Shown in pieces: positions 18,192 through 26,067 of a DNA stretch of 63,929 nucleotides. This DNA is from a virus. Lineage: Duplodnaviria > Caudoviricetes. The translations under genes and the position numbers were made by a program. Numbering within the stretch: position 1 is the stretch's first letter; every line of letters starts with the position of its first letter. The notes under the pieces are model-generated. The model saw only the letters and a list, made by a program, of their open reading frames with translations, did not search any database and was not told the origin of the DNA. The stretch is taken from the IMG/VR virus record IMGVR_UViG_3300034117_000797, positions 1 to 63,929 of that record. One strand, written 5' to 3'.

Positions 18192-18803
18192 ATGGAAAAG
18201 CAATTACTGCAAGTAAGAGATTTCCAAGCGGCATTTGGGGCAGAGATGCCAGATAAGCCTAAGATGCTTGGGAAAAAGAGAGCAAGACTTCGACAAACAT
18301 TACTACAAGAAGAAGTAACAGAGTTAGCCGAAGCAAAAGATTTAGTAGATGTGGCAGACGCATTGACTGACATCTTATACATCACCTACGGAACAATCCA
18401 TGAGTACGGATTAGCTGACCGAGCTGTGATGCTGTTCGATGAAGTACATCGTTCCAATATGTCTAAGCTTGACTTTGATGGTAAGCCTATCTTCCGTGAG
18501 GATGGAAAGGTCCTGAAGCCTGAGACATATCTTCCACCAAAACTTCAACCAATCCTTGAACGTGACTTCACGGTGTATAAGGAAAGCGAAGTGATGAAGG
18601 AGATTGCTGAAATCCAAAAGAAAGAGACAGAGAAGAGAATCATAAAAAGAATATATAACAAGTTAAATCTTTTTGATAGACTATTGTTCTGGCTGTACAA
18701 CAAGGCTGAGGATAAGCTCAAGAATAAGATTGAGGTTAAGTTCCCCAAGACGATTGACGGAGAGATAGTAGTCCGTGTCTATCACAAGGAGTATGGGGTT
18801 TAG
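18192..18803 (+). CDS. MazG-like / PRA-PH nucleotide pyrophosphohydrolase
   Basis: LLQEEVTEL, VADALTDILYITYG, EVHRSNMSK, REDGKVLKP. Confidence 0.9.
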   Translation: MEKQLLQVRDFQAAFGAEMPDKPKMLGKKRARLRQTLLQEEVTELAEAKDLVDVADALTDILYITYGTIHEYGLADRAVMLFDEVHRSNMSKLDFDGKPIFREDGKVLKPETYLPPKLQPILERDFTVYKESEVMKEIAEIQKKETEKRIIKRIYNKLNLFDRLLFWLYNKAEDKLKNKIEVKFPKTIDGEIVVRVYHKEYGV

Positions 18804-19176
18804 CAAAAGGAAATACGGAAACAAGAAGATAGAAGTTGACGGGGTTAAGTTTGATTCTAAATTAGAGATGAAATGCTATAACCTCCTTAAAGAGATGGGG
18901 TTCTCTTTTGAATTTCAGAAACAGATAACACTAGTAGATAAATTCAGATACAACAAGGAAGCAATCAGGGCAATAACAATAGTAGTAGACTTCGTTTTAG
19001 ACCACGACGGACATACAATCTACATAGACACCAAAGGATTCGCAACGGAAGTATCAAAGATTAAATACAAGATGTTACGCTATATACTGAAAGACGAAGA
19101 GAACACCGATGTGGTTTGGCTTCACACACAAAAAGAAGTCAGTGATTATTTGATTAAGTTAAAAGAAGAAAAATGA
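18793..19176 (+). CDS. DUF1064-like PD-(D/E)xK endonuclease
   Basis: KYGNKKIEVDGVKFDSKLE, VDF...IDTKG. Confidence 0.8.
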   Translation: MGFSKRKYGNKKIEVDGVKFDSKLEMKCYNLLKEMGFSFEFQKQITLVDKFRYNKEAIRAITIVVDFVLDHDGHTIYIDTKGFATEVSKIKYKMLRYILKDEENTDVVWLHTQKEVSDYLIKLKEEK

Positions 19177-19574
19177 GTAGTTTGAACAAAGTGATGTTGC
19201 TTGGCAACGTCGGAAACGTAGATGTAAAAGACCTAGAAGGAGGTCGTAAATTAGTTCAGTTGTCATTGGCAACATCTGATGGTTACAAGAAAGATGGCGA
19301 ATGGGTAGACAAAACTGAATGGCACAAGTGTGTGTTTGCTATCCCAACTCTTGCTGAACGTGCTGCTAACATCAGCAAAGGAGACAAGATTTATGTTGAA
19401 GGAAGTATCAACACAAACAGTTGGACAAATAAAGAAGGAGAAAAGAAAGAGTTCAAAGAGATTTCTTGCGTGTCATTCAAGACATTCTCTAAGAACAAAA
19501 GCACAGAAGCGCCAAATGAAGCTCCTCAAGTAGCTATTAAATCAGCTACAGAGCCTGAGGATTTACCATTCTAA
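19173..19574 (+). CDS. ssb: Single-stranded DNA-binding protein
   Basis: LNKVMLLGNVG, TEWH, KGDKIYVEG, C-terminal DLPF. Confidence 0.95.
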   Translation: MSSLNKVMLLGNVGNVDVKDLEGGRKLVQLSLATSDGYKKDGEWVDKTEWHKCVFAIPTLAERAANISKGDKIYVEGSINTNSWTNKEGEKKEFKEISCVSFKTFSKNKSTEAPNEAPQVAIKSATEPEDLPF

Positions 19575-19638
19575 GTATCTGCTGCAACCCAGATAATCAA
19601 GTGGCGTATCACTGACGAGAGTCATAAGTACACACTGG

Positions 19639-19707
19639 ACTCATGTAGCTTAATTGGAAAAGCAGATGCGATAGTTTCCGTTGTAGGTTCGAGTCCTGCC
19701 ATGAGTA
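19639..19707 (+). tRNA. tRNA-like RNA with a shortened, poorly paired anticodon arm (identity unassignable)
   Basis: ACTCATG/CATGAGT acceptor stem, TAGCTTAATTGGAAAAGC D arm, GTAGG-TTCGAGT-CCTGC T arm. Confidence 0.7.
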
Positions 19708-19824
19708 CGAGGGGTGAGGACCAACCACGCAGCCCCAATAGATAAGAGAGATAGCTTTTAGGAAGCAAACTCAAATTGATGCGCAAAGTTGCGAAAGGTG
19801 ACAAACGGGGAAAGACCCGTACAT

Positions 19825-19910
19825 AGTCAGGTGGCGGAATTGGTATACGAGTGCTTCCCTTTAGAACAGCACGCCTTTAACGGTTGCAGGTTCGAATCCT
19901 GTCCTGACTA
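19825..19910 (+). tRNA. Type II (Leu-like) tRNA-like RNA with an expanded anticodon loop
   Basis: AGTCAGG/CCTGACT-A acceptor, TGGCGGAATTGGTATACG D region, GTGCT/AGCAC stem with a 12-nt loop, long variable region, GCAGG-TTCGAAT-CCTGT T arm. Confidence 0.75.
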
Positions 19911-19962
19911 CCGCTTTCATAAGCGCATATAAATAGTTTAAGTTTAGGTGATAGGTAAGGTG

Positions 19963-19987
19963 GCCACTACGGCTAGTGGCATTTTTT
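19963..19987 (+). terminator. Intrinsic terminator closing the ncRNA cassette
   Basis: GCCACTA-CGGC-TAGTGGC-ATTTTTT. Confidence 0.8.
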
Positions 19988-20000
19988 AACAAACATTAAC

Positions 20001-20231
20001 ATGGAGTACGAAGTAGAATTGACAGCAGAAGACATTGGAGAAATGGTAACAATCATTCGTGTACAGCATTTACGCATGCACGTTCAACCATTTGCCGAGA
20101 AGATTGGTATGATGGAGAAAGTTCTACTTGCTGTTGAGGACGGTAACGGCCCTCACGGCTTATTGGCTCTAAAGAAGATAGCGGCAGCATTTCCTAGCGT
20201 GCGAATCACAGTTAATGTTGACTTGAAATGA
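20001..20231 (+). CDS. Cro/C1-type HTH protein
   Basis: IGEMVTIIR...FAEKIGM....LLAVEDG pattern. Confidence 0.7.
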   Translation: MEYEVELTAEDIGEMVTIIRVQHLRMHVQPFAEKIGMMEKVLLAVEDGNGPHGLLALKKIAAAFPSVRITVNVDLK

Positions 20232-20357
20232 AAGGAAAGGTAAAGAAGAATCAATTTAGGATTGACAGAATCCAAAATAGGAACACAAAGTTCACAAGCT
20301 ATATCTATAATCGGTACTTTAGAACCGAACTGACGGCTCTTTTTGATGATGAACATG

Positions 20358-20651
20358 TTACGATTTCACACGGAAGAAGATTCGCTTCTTATCAGAACGA
20401 TTTTGACTTTGCTTCTGCTTCTTCGTTTTGTTCTTTGTTACGTGAGCTTCATCTATCCCGTCAAGATTCCCATGAGTCCCCTTCTTTCGGTTGATAGCTT
20501 GTAAGATAGACCTGTGCTTTTGTTGCTCAGGATGCTTATTGAAATCAGCATCGTACTTCTGCTTCTTATCACGAGCCTCTGGATTACTATGGTAATATTT
20601 AGCGCTCTTGCTCTTACCTACTTTAGTGCCTGCCAATCTATTGCGTGCCAT
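20358..20651 (-). CDS. Basic protein, possibly a degenerate HNH-like domain
   Basis: K/R-rich; GNLDGIDEAH...QSQNR motif. Confidence 0.65.
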   Translation of the reverse strand: MARNRLAGTKVGKSKSAKYYHSNPEARDKKQKYDADFNKHPEQQKHRSILQAINRKKGTHGNLDGIDEAHVTKNKTKKQKQSQNRSDKKRIFFRVKS

Positions 20652-20657
20652 CTTTTA

Positions 20658-21335
20658 TTACTTTAGGGATTTCAACATCTCTACCATCTTAGGATGAGGG
20701 TAGACATCAGACTTATCTTTTCGATACGAGTTATGAGTAAACAAACCATTTTCGCCTTTCAACGCACGGTCAGTAACATTCCAAATGTCCTCATTGTATG
20801 TGATATCTATGCCATACTTTTCATGAAGATATATGACCAACTGACGTGTTGATTCAATCTGAGCATCGCTATAAGCATGATAATGCTTAAACCCTTTGAA
20901 AGGTTTATCAAGAGTACATACCTCATCAGGATGAACCTCTCTATCTACATAGTTGTAGAACTTCCCATTTTTCTCTTCTAGCGGCCCCCAATTACATATC
21001 TCTATCCCAATGGATAGTTTGTCAAGGTTCTGCCATTTAATGTCTCTAGAGGCAAATACTTCAGCCTTTACGCCTAAGTGGTATGCCCAATTCTTAGAGC
21101 TAAAGCATTGAACAATCTCTCCATCCTTACTATTAGTAGAATTCTTTCCAGAAATGCAAACAAACGTAGCAATACGACCACGGCTATCAGCGTTCCAAGC
21201 GTTGATTGTACTTACACCTGACCCATTACCTGCCGTGTGATGCAATACAATCTGTTTCTTGATTGTTGTCTCATTGAAAAACTGCCCATCCTTTAACGGA
21301 TATTGGCGAATAGTTGATAAGTCTAAATTTCCCAT
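20658..21335 (-). CDS. Endolysin, N-acetylmuramoyl-L-alanine amidase (Amidase_2 type)
   Basis: IVLHHTAG, WAYHLG, SIGIEICN, FTHN..RKDKSD. Confidence 0.9.
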   Translation of the reverse strand: MGNLDLSTIRQYPLKDGQFFNETTIKKQIVLHHTAGNGSGVSTINAWNADSRGRIATFVCISGKNSTNSKDGEIVQCFSSKNWAYHLGVKAEVFASRDIKWQNLDKLSIGIEICNWGPLEEKNGKFYNYVDREVHPDEVCTLDKPFKGFKHYHAYSDAQIESTRQLVIYLHEKYGIDITYNEDIWNVTDRALKGENGLFTHNSYRKDKSDVYPHPKMVEMLKSLK

Positions 21336-21775
21336 CTCTTTGCGATTCTACTGATGATGTAAATGATTGCTGCTATAAAGATAAGCCAAAATGTTATCTT
21401 AACGTATTGACCTGCCTCAGCCCAAAATCCTTTCTTCTTCTCGTAGTATCTAACAGGAACCTTCCTTTCAACAATCTTGTCTACATACACAGTGTCACAT
21501 TCACCTGCAATGTAAACCTTATTGTATCTGTCTACATATACCTTAACTTTTAGTTGGTCTTTCTCCAAATAAACTGTGTCAAATAACTGTTGATAAGAAA
21601 CAACAGTGTCTATCTTAACCCCTGGCACATAGATGCGGATAGTATCATGCATTATGATAGTATCATTTGTTAGTAGATAAGGATACTTCTCTATTAACTT
21701 GGTAAATCTTCTTTGCGGAGAACACGATGCTGACAACATCAGCAACACGAACAAGAATTTATACAGTGACTTCAT
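21323..21775 (-). CDS. Putative unimolecular spanin
   Basis: N-terminal lipoprotein signal (LSASC), beta-rich middle, C-terminal TM; adjacent to the endolysin. Confidence 0.6.
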   Translation of the reverse strand: MKSLYKFLFVLLMLSASCSPQRRFTKLIEKYPYLLTNDTIIMHDTIRIYVPGVKIDTVVSYQQLFDTVYLEKDQLKVKVYVDRYNKVYIAGECDTVYVDKIVERKVPVRYYEKKKGFWAEAGQYVKITFWLIFIAAIIYIISRIAKRWEI

Positions 21776-22247
21776 TGAAATGATTCATTTTACACCACTC
21801 ATACACGTCTTGTGGTGACATTCTATACGACTTCTCTACTCCATATACCCAAGCAACGAATTCAGAGCAGTACATGCGCTCCTGTTCGTTCTTTTTAATC
21901 TTCCATTTACCCGTAAGCAATTCGATTGGTTGCTTAAATATAAGGCCTTCGATGTCATATCCAGTGTGACCTACTCTTGTAAGCGCACGCATAGACAATT
22001 CTTTTTCATCAATGGATTCAGGTCGGCTTACCTCAAAGTCATATCCGTACATATCTTTCCACGCATCAAATGGTCTTACGTTAACGCCATCCTTTTGAGC
22101 ATCTATAATGTATGGCTGTCCCCAAATCTCTATGAACAGAGCAGTATGAGAGAACTTAGATTTAGTGACCTTTCTGATTATCTTGCTCAGGAGTTTCTTT
22201 CCCGTGCAGTGAAGAATGTCACCCGTTTTCAAATTTGTTGGATTCAT
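21759..22247 (-). CDS. Permuted papain-like NlpC/P60 (YiiX/YebB-type) hydrolase
   Basis: LKTGDIL, FSHTAL (His first), YCSEFV (Cys late). Confidence 0.85.
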   Translation of the reverse strand: MNPTNLKTGDILHCTGKKLLSKIIRKVTKSKFSHTALFIEIWGQPYIIDAQKDGVNVRPFDAWKDMYGYDFEVSRPESIDEKELSMRALTRVGHTGYDIEGLIFKQPIELLTGKWKIKKNEQERMYCSEFVAWVYGVEKSYRMSPQDVYEWCKMNHFNEVTV

Positions 22248-22482
22248 TGTCTTTCTTTTCTATTTTTTTACTCCAAGCGTCAGTGACCTTGATGCCCAAA
22301 GATACACAAACGAGCGTTACCCACACATCGAATGATAATCCATTTACAAAAAAATCCCAAAATGCCATGAATAAAACTGCCCCCCAAGCAGTGAACATAG
22401 TAAGGAATGTCTTTGACCACTTGCCGTTTCTCTTGAGTGTATCGGCTAATATATTCTTAAACAGAAAGAATGTGGTCGTCAT
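22219..22482 (-). CDS. Putative holin
   Basis: Two TM segments and a charged tail; in the lysis cassette. Confidence 0.6.
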   Translation of the reverse strand: MTTTFFLFKNILADTLKRNGKWSKTFLTMFTAWGAVLFMAFWDFFVNGLSFDVWVTLVCVSLGIKVTDAWSKKIEKKDNESNKFENG

Positions 22483-22708
22483 CGGATTCTTTTTTAATCT
22501 CTATTTCCTTGGGTAGTATAGCAATAAGTTTGTCTCTTGATGTAATCACTTTGTTTGTTGAAATATCTGCCTTCATATGAGTGGCATCATCATAGCAATC
22601 GTAAAGCCTTGCTTCAACATCAGATAGCCTTGAGTTCATCCAAAAAAGGCATACACACAATAGTCCAGTGATGCCATGTTTGCTTATCAAATTAACAAAG
22701 TCTGTCAT
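22457..22708 (-). CDS. Single-TM holin/antiholin-like protein
   Basis: N-terminal TM; first gene of the lysis cassette. Confidence 0.5.
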   Translation of the reverse strand: MTDFVNLISKHGITGLLCVCLFWMNSRLSDVEARLYDCYDDATHMKADISTNKVITSRDKLIAILPKEIEIKKESDDDHILSV

Positions 22709-22779
22709 AATATCATAACGATTGTGTTACTACATCAATTTCCGATTGTAAAAATACGGATAAATTGAAAACTATTTTG

Positions 22780-23019
22780 TTAGGTCGTTGGCACTTCGTA
22801 TTTGGTCAATTCGACAAAAGTCCAAACCTCTACCTCCTCATCGTTCCAATCATCAGTATAAGTAAACCCTGATAGAGTTATACCAAAGTTTGCTGTTGGA
22901 GTAGACAACAACACATCAACGCTACATGTCTTCTGTGCGATTGTATCGTGAATTGTTATCACTTGGATTGTAGGATTTACAATCTCTACGTTAAACTGTT
23001 CAAATTTATATGTTGCCAT
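22780..23019 (-). CDS. Small tail-associated protein
   Basis: 79 aa, directly after the fibre-like genes. Confidence 0.6.
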   Translation of the reverse strand: MATYKFEQFNVEIVNPTIQVITIHDTIAQKTCSVDVLLSTPTANFGITLSGFTYTDDWNDEEVEVWTFVELTKYEVPTT

Positions 23020-23022
23020 GTC

Positions 23023-23613
23023 TTATGATATTGTTGTTCCTGCTACTGTACATTCTCTTACCCACATTCCATATAGTCCACTTGTCTTTGGTGATGAACT
23101 AAATGGATTAACTCCTGCTAAATCAGTGATTACACCTGATGCCCCTGCGGGCTGTGTGCCTACCCAAAAGTAACGAAGGTTTGTATTGAAGGGTGGATAT
23201 TGTAATTGATAGTTTGCTAATCTACCCCAATCTAAAATATTTAACATCTCTTGCATGTTGGTTAAATGCCATCCAGTTAACCCATCAAATGTGCTTGAAA
23301 GATATTGAGTCATTTGAGTAGCAAGAGGTCTTGTAGCTGCCATGTCACCAAAGTAATATGCTAGCACAGTTTTACCATCATATGTAGACCAATCAAAAGT
23401 AACTGAAGTAGCATATGTGCTGCCTCCTGTTTTATTGGTAAAGCGATTGGTATTCCCAAATGGATTATTCTTTTCAAGAACTAATCTGTTTGTTGCTCTA
23501 CCACGTTGCGTATCGCCATCGTCACCTGTAGAATATGAAGTCGTTTGTCCCGTCTTTAAGAGCTTCATTCCTACTGAGGCACCATCTGCTTTTAATTCAA
23601 TCCTTGTACTCAT
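23023..23613 (-). CDS. Putative tail fibre tip / receptor-binding protein
   Basis: KTGQTTSY.TGDDG motif; GWHLTNMQE..YFW C-type-lectin/DUF1566-like pattern. Confidence 0.6.
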   Translation of the reverse strand: MSTRIELKADGASVGMKLLKTGQTTSYSTGDDGDTQRGRATNRLVLEKNNPFGNTNRFTNKTGGSTYATSVTFDWSTYDGKTVLAYYFGDMAATRPLATQMTQYLSSTFDGLTGWHLTNMQEMLNILDWGRLANYQLQYPPFNTNLRYFWVGTQPAGASGVITDLAGVNPFSSSPKTSGLYGMWVRECTVAGTTIS

Positions 23614-24167
23614 TAGTAAATCTTATTTAAGACAAATGTGTCAGAGTATATGCTATTGTTTGCATTGTTAGAACTCCATTCAACAGTTACGTCTAATGTG
23701 TTTGGAATAGTAGTATCAAACGTAGTGTTGTTGATTGTATTAAACCCAAAGCCTTCTTGAGTACCACTTGCTGCTTTTAATACATGAAAGTTACCCAAAG
23801 TAACAATCTCTGCTGTTCCTGCTGCACCTATTGCTCTAATGTTAAAGTTAATGCTTAGTAACCAAACTTGATTTGTAATCCCAGGCATTGTAAAAGCGGG
23901 AGTTTGACATAAAATAGTAGAACCTGCTTTTACTCTTATCGTAATAGTGTTTCCGCTGTGAGCAGAAATAAGCCCTCCAAACTCTGCTCTAAATGCATCT
24001 CCTAACTTAAACCCATTTGCAGGAACAGATAGAGTACCTACCCCACCATTTATCAATGTTCCTTCAGTTGTCGTAGCCGCAATAGGTGTGCTGTTTCCTA
24101 ATTGAGAAAACAACCCATAGTTAGTCGGTAATAACTGAAATGGATTTATGTAGATTGAGGTACTCAT
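23613..24167 (-). CDS. Virion tail/fibre protein
   Basis: G/T/S/N-rich beta composition, tail module context. Confidence 0.6.
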   Translation of the reverse strand: MSTSIYINPFQLLPTNYGLFSQLGNSTPIAATTTEGTLINGGVGTLSVPANGFKLGDAFRAEFGGLISAHSGNTITIRVKAGSTILCQTPAFTMPGITNQVWLLSINFNIRAIGAAGTAEIVTLGNFHVLKAASGTQEGFGFNTINNTTFDTTIPNTLDVTVEWSSNNANNSIYSDTFVLNKIY

Positions 24168-24170
24168 CTA

Positions 24171-24800
24171 TTAAATGTTGTAAGTGATAATCAACTGTGA
24201 CCCTGCGTTTGTTGTCGTATCCCAATAAAATAAAGCGGCAGGATATTCATTAGCTATCCCACCTGCGTCCATGTTGATAGAGGTTCCTGCTGGAAGATTA
24301 ACATAAGTCAATCCACCATTAAAAGAAACTCTCGCATCAGCAGTACCATTGCTTGCAAAAGAAATAGAGCGACATGCAACCCCTAAGTCTCCATTTGCAG
24401 ACCCAACAGAAATTATATTTGGAGTTATACTCTGAGTCATTTGCTCGTAAGAAAGAGCTACAGATACAGAGCTAGCTAAATCTTGAGAACCAAATGGACC
24501 TGTAATAGTCGCACTAGTTATGTAGAGGTCTATATTTCTTTGTATATCTGCAGCAGCTGCGTATGAGCCAGAAGAATCATTTGTCCAAGTTGGCTGATTA
24601 GTTACTTGAGAAAGATTTAATCTTAAAGGATTCAATACGTCATTAGCAAAGAAATTGATAATCACATACCAATTTCCATCTGTATGTAAAGAACGACCTA
24701 CAGATTTGATTGCTCTATATTCAAAATATTCTAAAACGCTGTTTGCACCTCCGCCAACAACAATTGAAGCTGTTGTAAAATTTACGTCAAAATTTGCCAT
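24171..24800 (-). CDS. Virion structural protein
   Basis: 209 aa, beta-rich, tail module context. Confidence 0.6.
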   Translation of the reverse strand: MANFDVNFTTASIVVGGGANSVLEYFEYRAIKSVGRSLHTDGNWYVIINFFANDVLNPLRLNLSQVTNQPTWTNDSSGSYAAAADIQRNIDLYITSATITGPFGSQDLASSVSVALSYEQMTQSITPNIISVGSANGDLGVACRSISFASNGTADARVSFNGGLTYVNLPAGTSINMDAGGIANEYPAALFYWDTTTNAGSQLIITYNI

Positions 24801-24812
24801 TTTTTTATATTG

Positions 24813-25493
24813 TTAATTTGTTAATCTAATTACAGGAACTGAGTCTAACATAAGGATTCCTGCCGCTCCATAAGGGCCTATATAAGACATAACTCCTGAT
24901 TGCACTCTAATCTTAACTGCACCTATCGTAGAGAAGTTCTCATAACACATAGTCTCAATAACACGAGTTATGCCAGCCATAGGAACTGAATTCCAAATTA
25001 CTGCACTCATAGAACTTAGCTCATCTGTTGCAATAGTCCCCTTCAAATACATTAAATCGTTTTGAATTGCATATTGTGGTGGATTATTCAAAAGGTCTGT
25101 CGCTTCCCATCCATATGCTAAAGGAATATCGTTCCATACAAGGTCATTGTTAGCTTCCAGCTCTAGCACTTGAAGCTCAAGTGATGTATATGAAGAATTC
25201 AGTGCGCAAAGAACAGAGATTATAGCATCAATCATTTGTTGGTAACTATAAGTCCCAGCATCTAACCCTAAACAGTTAGCATATGTAAGCTCATAATTAA
25301 CATTCAAGTCCCCAATGGAGTTCATTGTGAACGTCTCCATTAGCAACAACACCTCATTCAGCGTAGACCCTGGGGGTACAGGAATTGATGAGAACACCCC
25401 ATCAAACGTAAATTCAGAAGTCTTAGTAGGGCAGTTGTCTACGCACCCACAAGAACTCAATGAATTACCACCGTTACAACTACTACAAGCCAT
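24813..25493 (-). CDS. Tail fibre-like protein with a Cys-rich N-terminus
   Basis: MACSSC...CGCVDNC, coiled segment, W..IPL..GW...PQY....MYLKG receptor-binding-like C-terminus. Confidence 0.6.
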   Translation of the reverse strand: MACSSCNGGNSLSSCGCVDNCPTKTSEFTFDGVFSSIPVPPGSTLNEVLLLMETFTMNSIGDLNVNYELTYANCLGLDAGTYSYQQMIDAIISVLCALNSSYTSLELQVLELEANNDLVWNDIPLAYGWEATDLLNNPPQYAIQNDLMYLKGTIATDELSSMSAVIWNSVPMAGITRVIETMCYENFSTIGAVKIRVQSGVMSYIGPYGAAGILMLDSVPVIRLTN

Positions 25494-25494
25494 A

Positions 25495-26067
25495 TCAATA
25501 ATTACATTTATCAGTTAATTTTCCAATCAAACATTTTTCCTTCTCAACGGAAAGAACACCCGTAGGCATACATGATAGAGTATGAATAATCAAGTTCCTC
25601 ATGAATATATTTTCCCAAGCATCTCCACACTTGAATCCAAATATCTCTTTTTTACTTACTCCTGCAATATCCTCAGCCAACGCTCTTTTTTGCTTGTTCA
25701 ACAAGTTCTTATTTCTGCAAGCTTCTTGTAAACACTCCAAAGGATATTCTATAGTTGGAATATCGTAAGGCTCACCGCAAGGAACTGAATAAACTGTATA
25801 GGAATAAGTAATGTCGCCTTCATTTACAATGTTAAGACCACTTGGACATTCATTGTTTCCTTCATACGTTGAGCTACCAACAAAAACATCGCCAGCAAAT
25901 ATCTGCCACTCAGATGTCTCTTCATTGAAAACCAAGGAAAGGGTATCTACTTCTACTTCAAACGAAAACGAAGGGTACGCTCCAGTAATAGGAGATGTCC
26001 ACTCAAACACTGGGGCTTCAGAGCCTATAGTGCCTGACACATACATATTCAAACAGCAATTATCCAT
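25495..26067 (-). CDS. Cys-rich virion protein
   Basis: 190 aa with many Cys; tail module context. Confidence 0.6.
   Translation of the reverse strand: MDNCCLNMYVSGTIGSEAPVFEWTSPITGAYPSFSFEVEVDTLSLVFNEETSEWQIFAGDVFVGSSTYEGNNECPSGLNIVNEGDITYSYTVYSVPCGEPYDIPTIEYPLECLQEACRNKNLLNKQKRALAEDIAGVSKKEIFGFKCGDAWENIFMRNLIIHTLSCMPTGVLSVEKEKCLIGKLTDKCNY

Noticed and set aside
19612-19650. Hammerhead ribozyme (CTGACGA followed by a GAGTC/GACTC stem)
   Set aside because: The required GAAA does not follow stem II, and the 3' strand belongs to the tRNA acceptor stem
19825-19910. Ochre suppressor tRNA / stop-codon reassignment as in some crAss-like phages
   Set aside because: TTA is not centred in a 7-nt loop, and long genes are intact in the standard code with TAA, TAG and TGA all used as stops
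20228-20494. + strand ORF coupled to the HTH gene
   Set aside because: It overlaps the convergent - strand gene by 137 nt and has no recognisable motif; left uncalled, though it could be real
23023-23613. Diversity-generating retroelement target
   Set aside because: The fold is lectin-like, but I saw no reverse transcriptase or template repeat in the window
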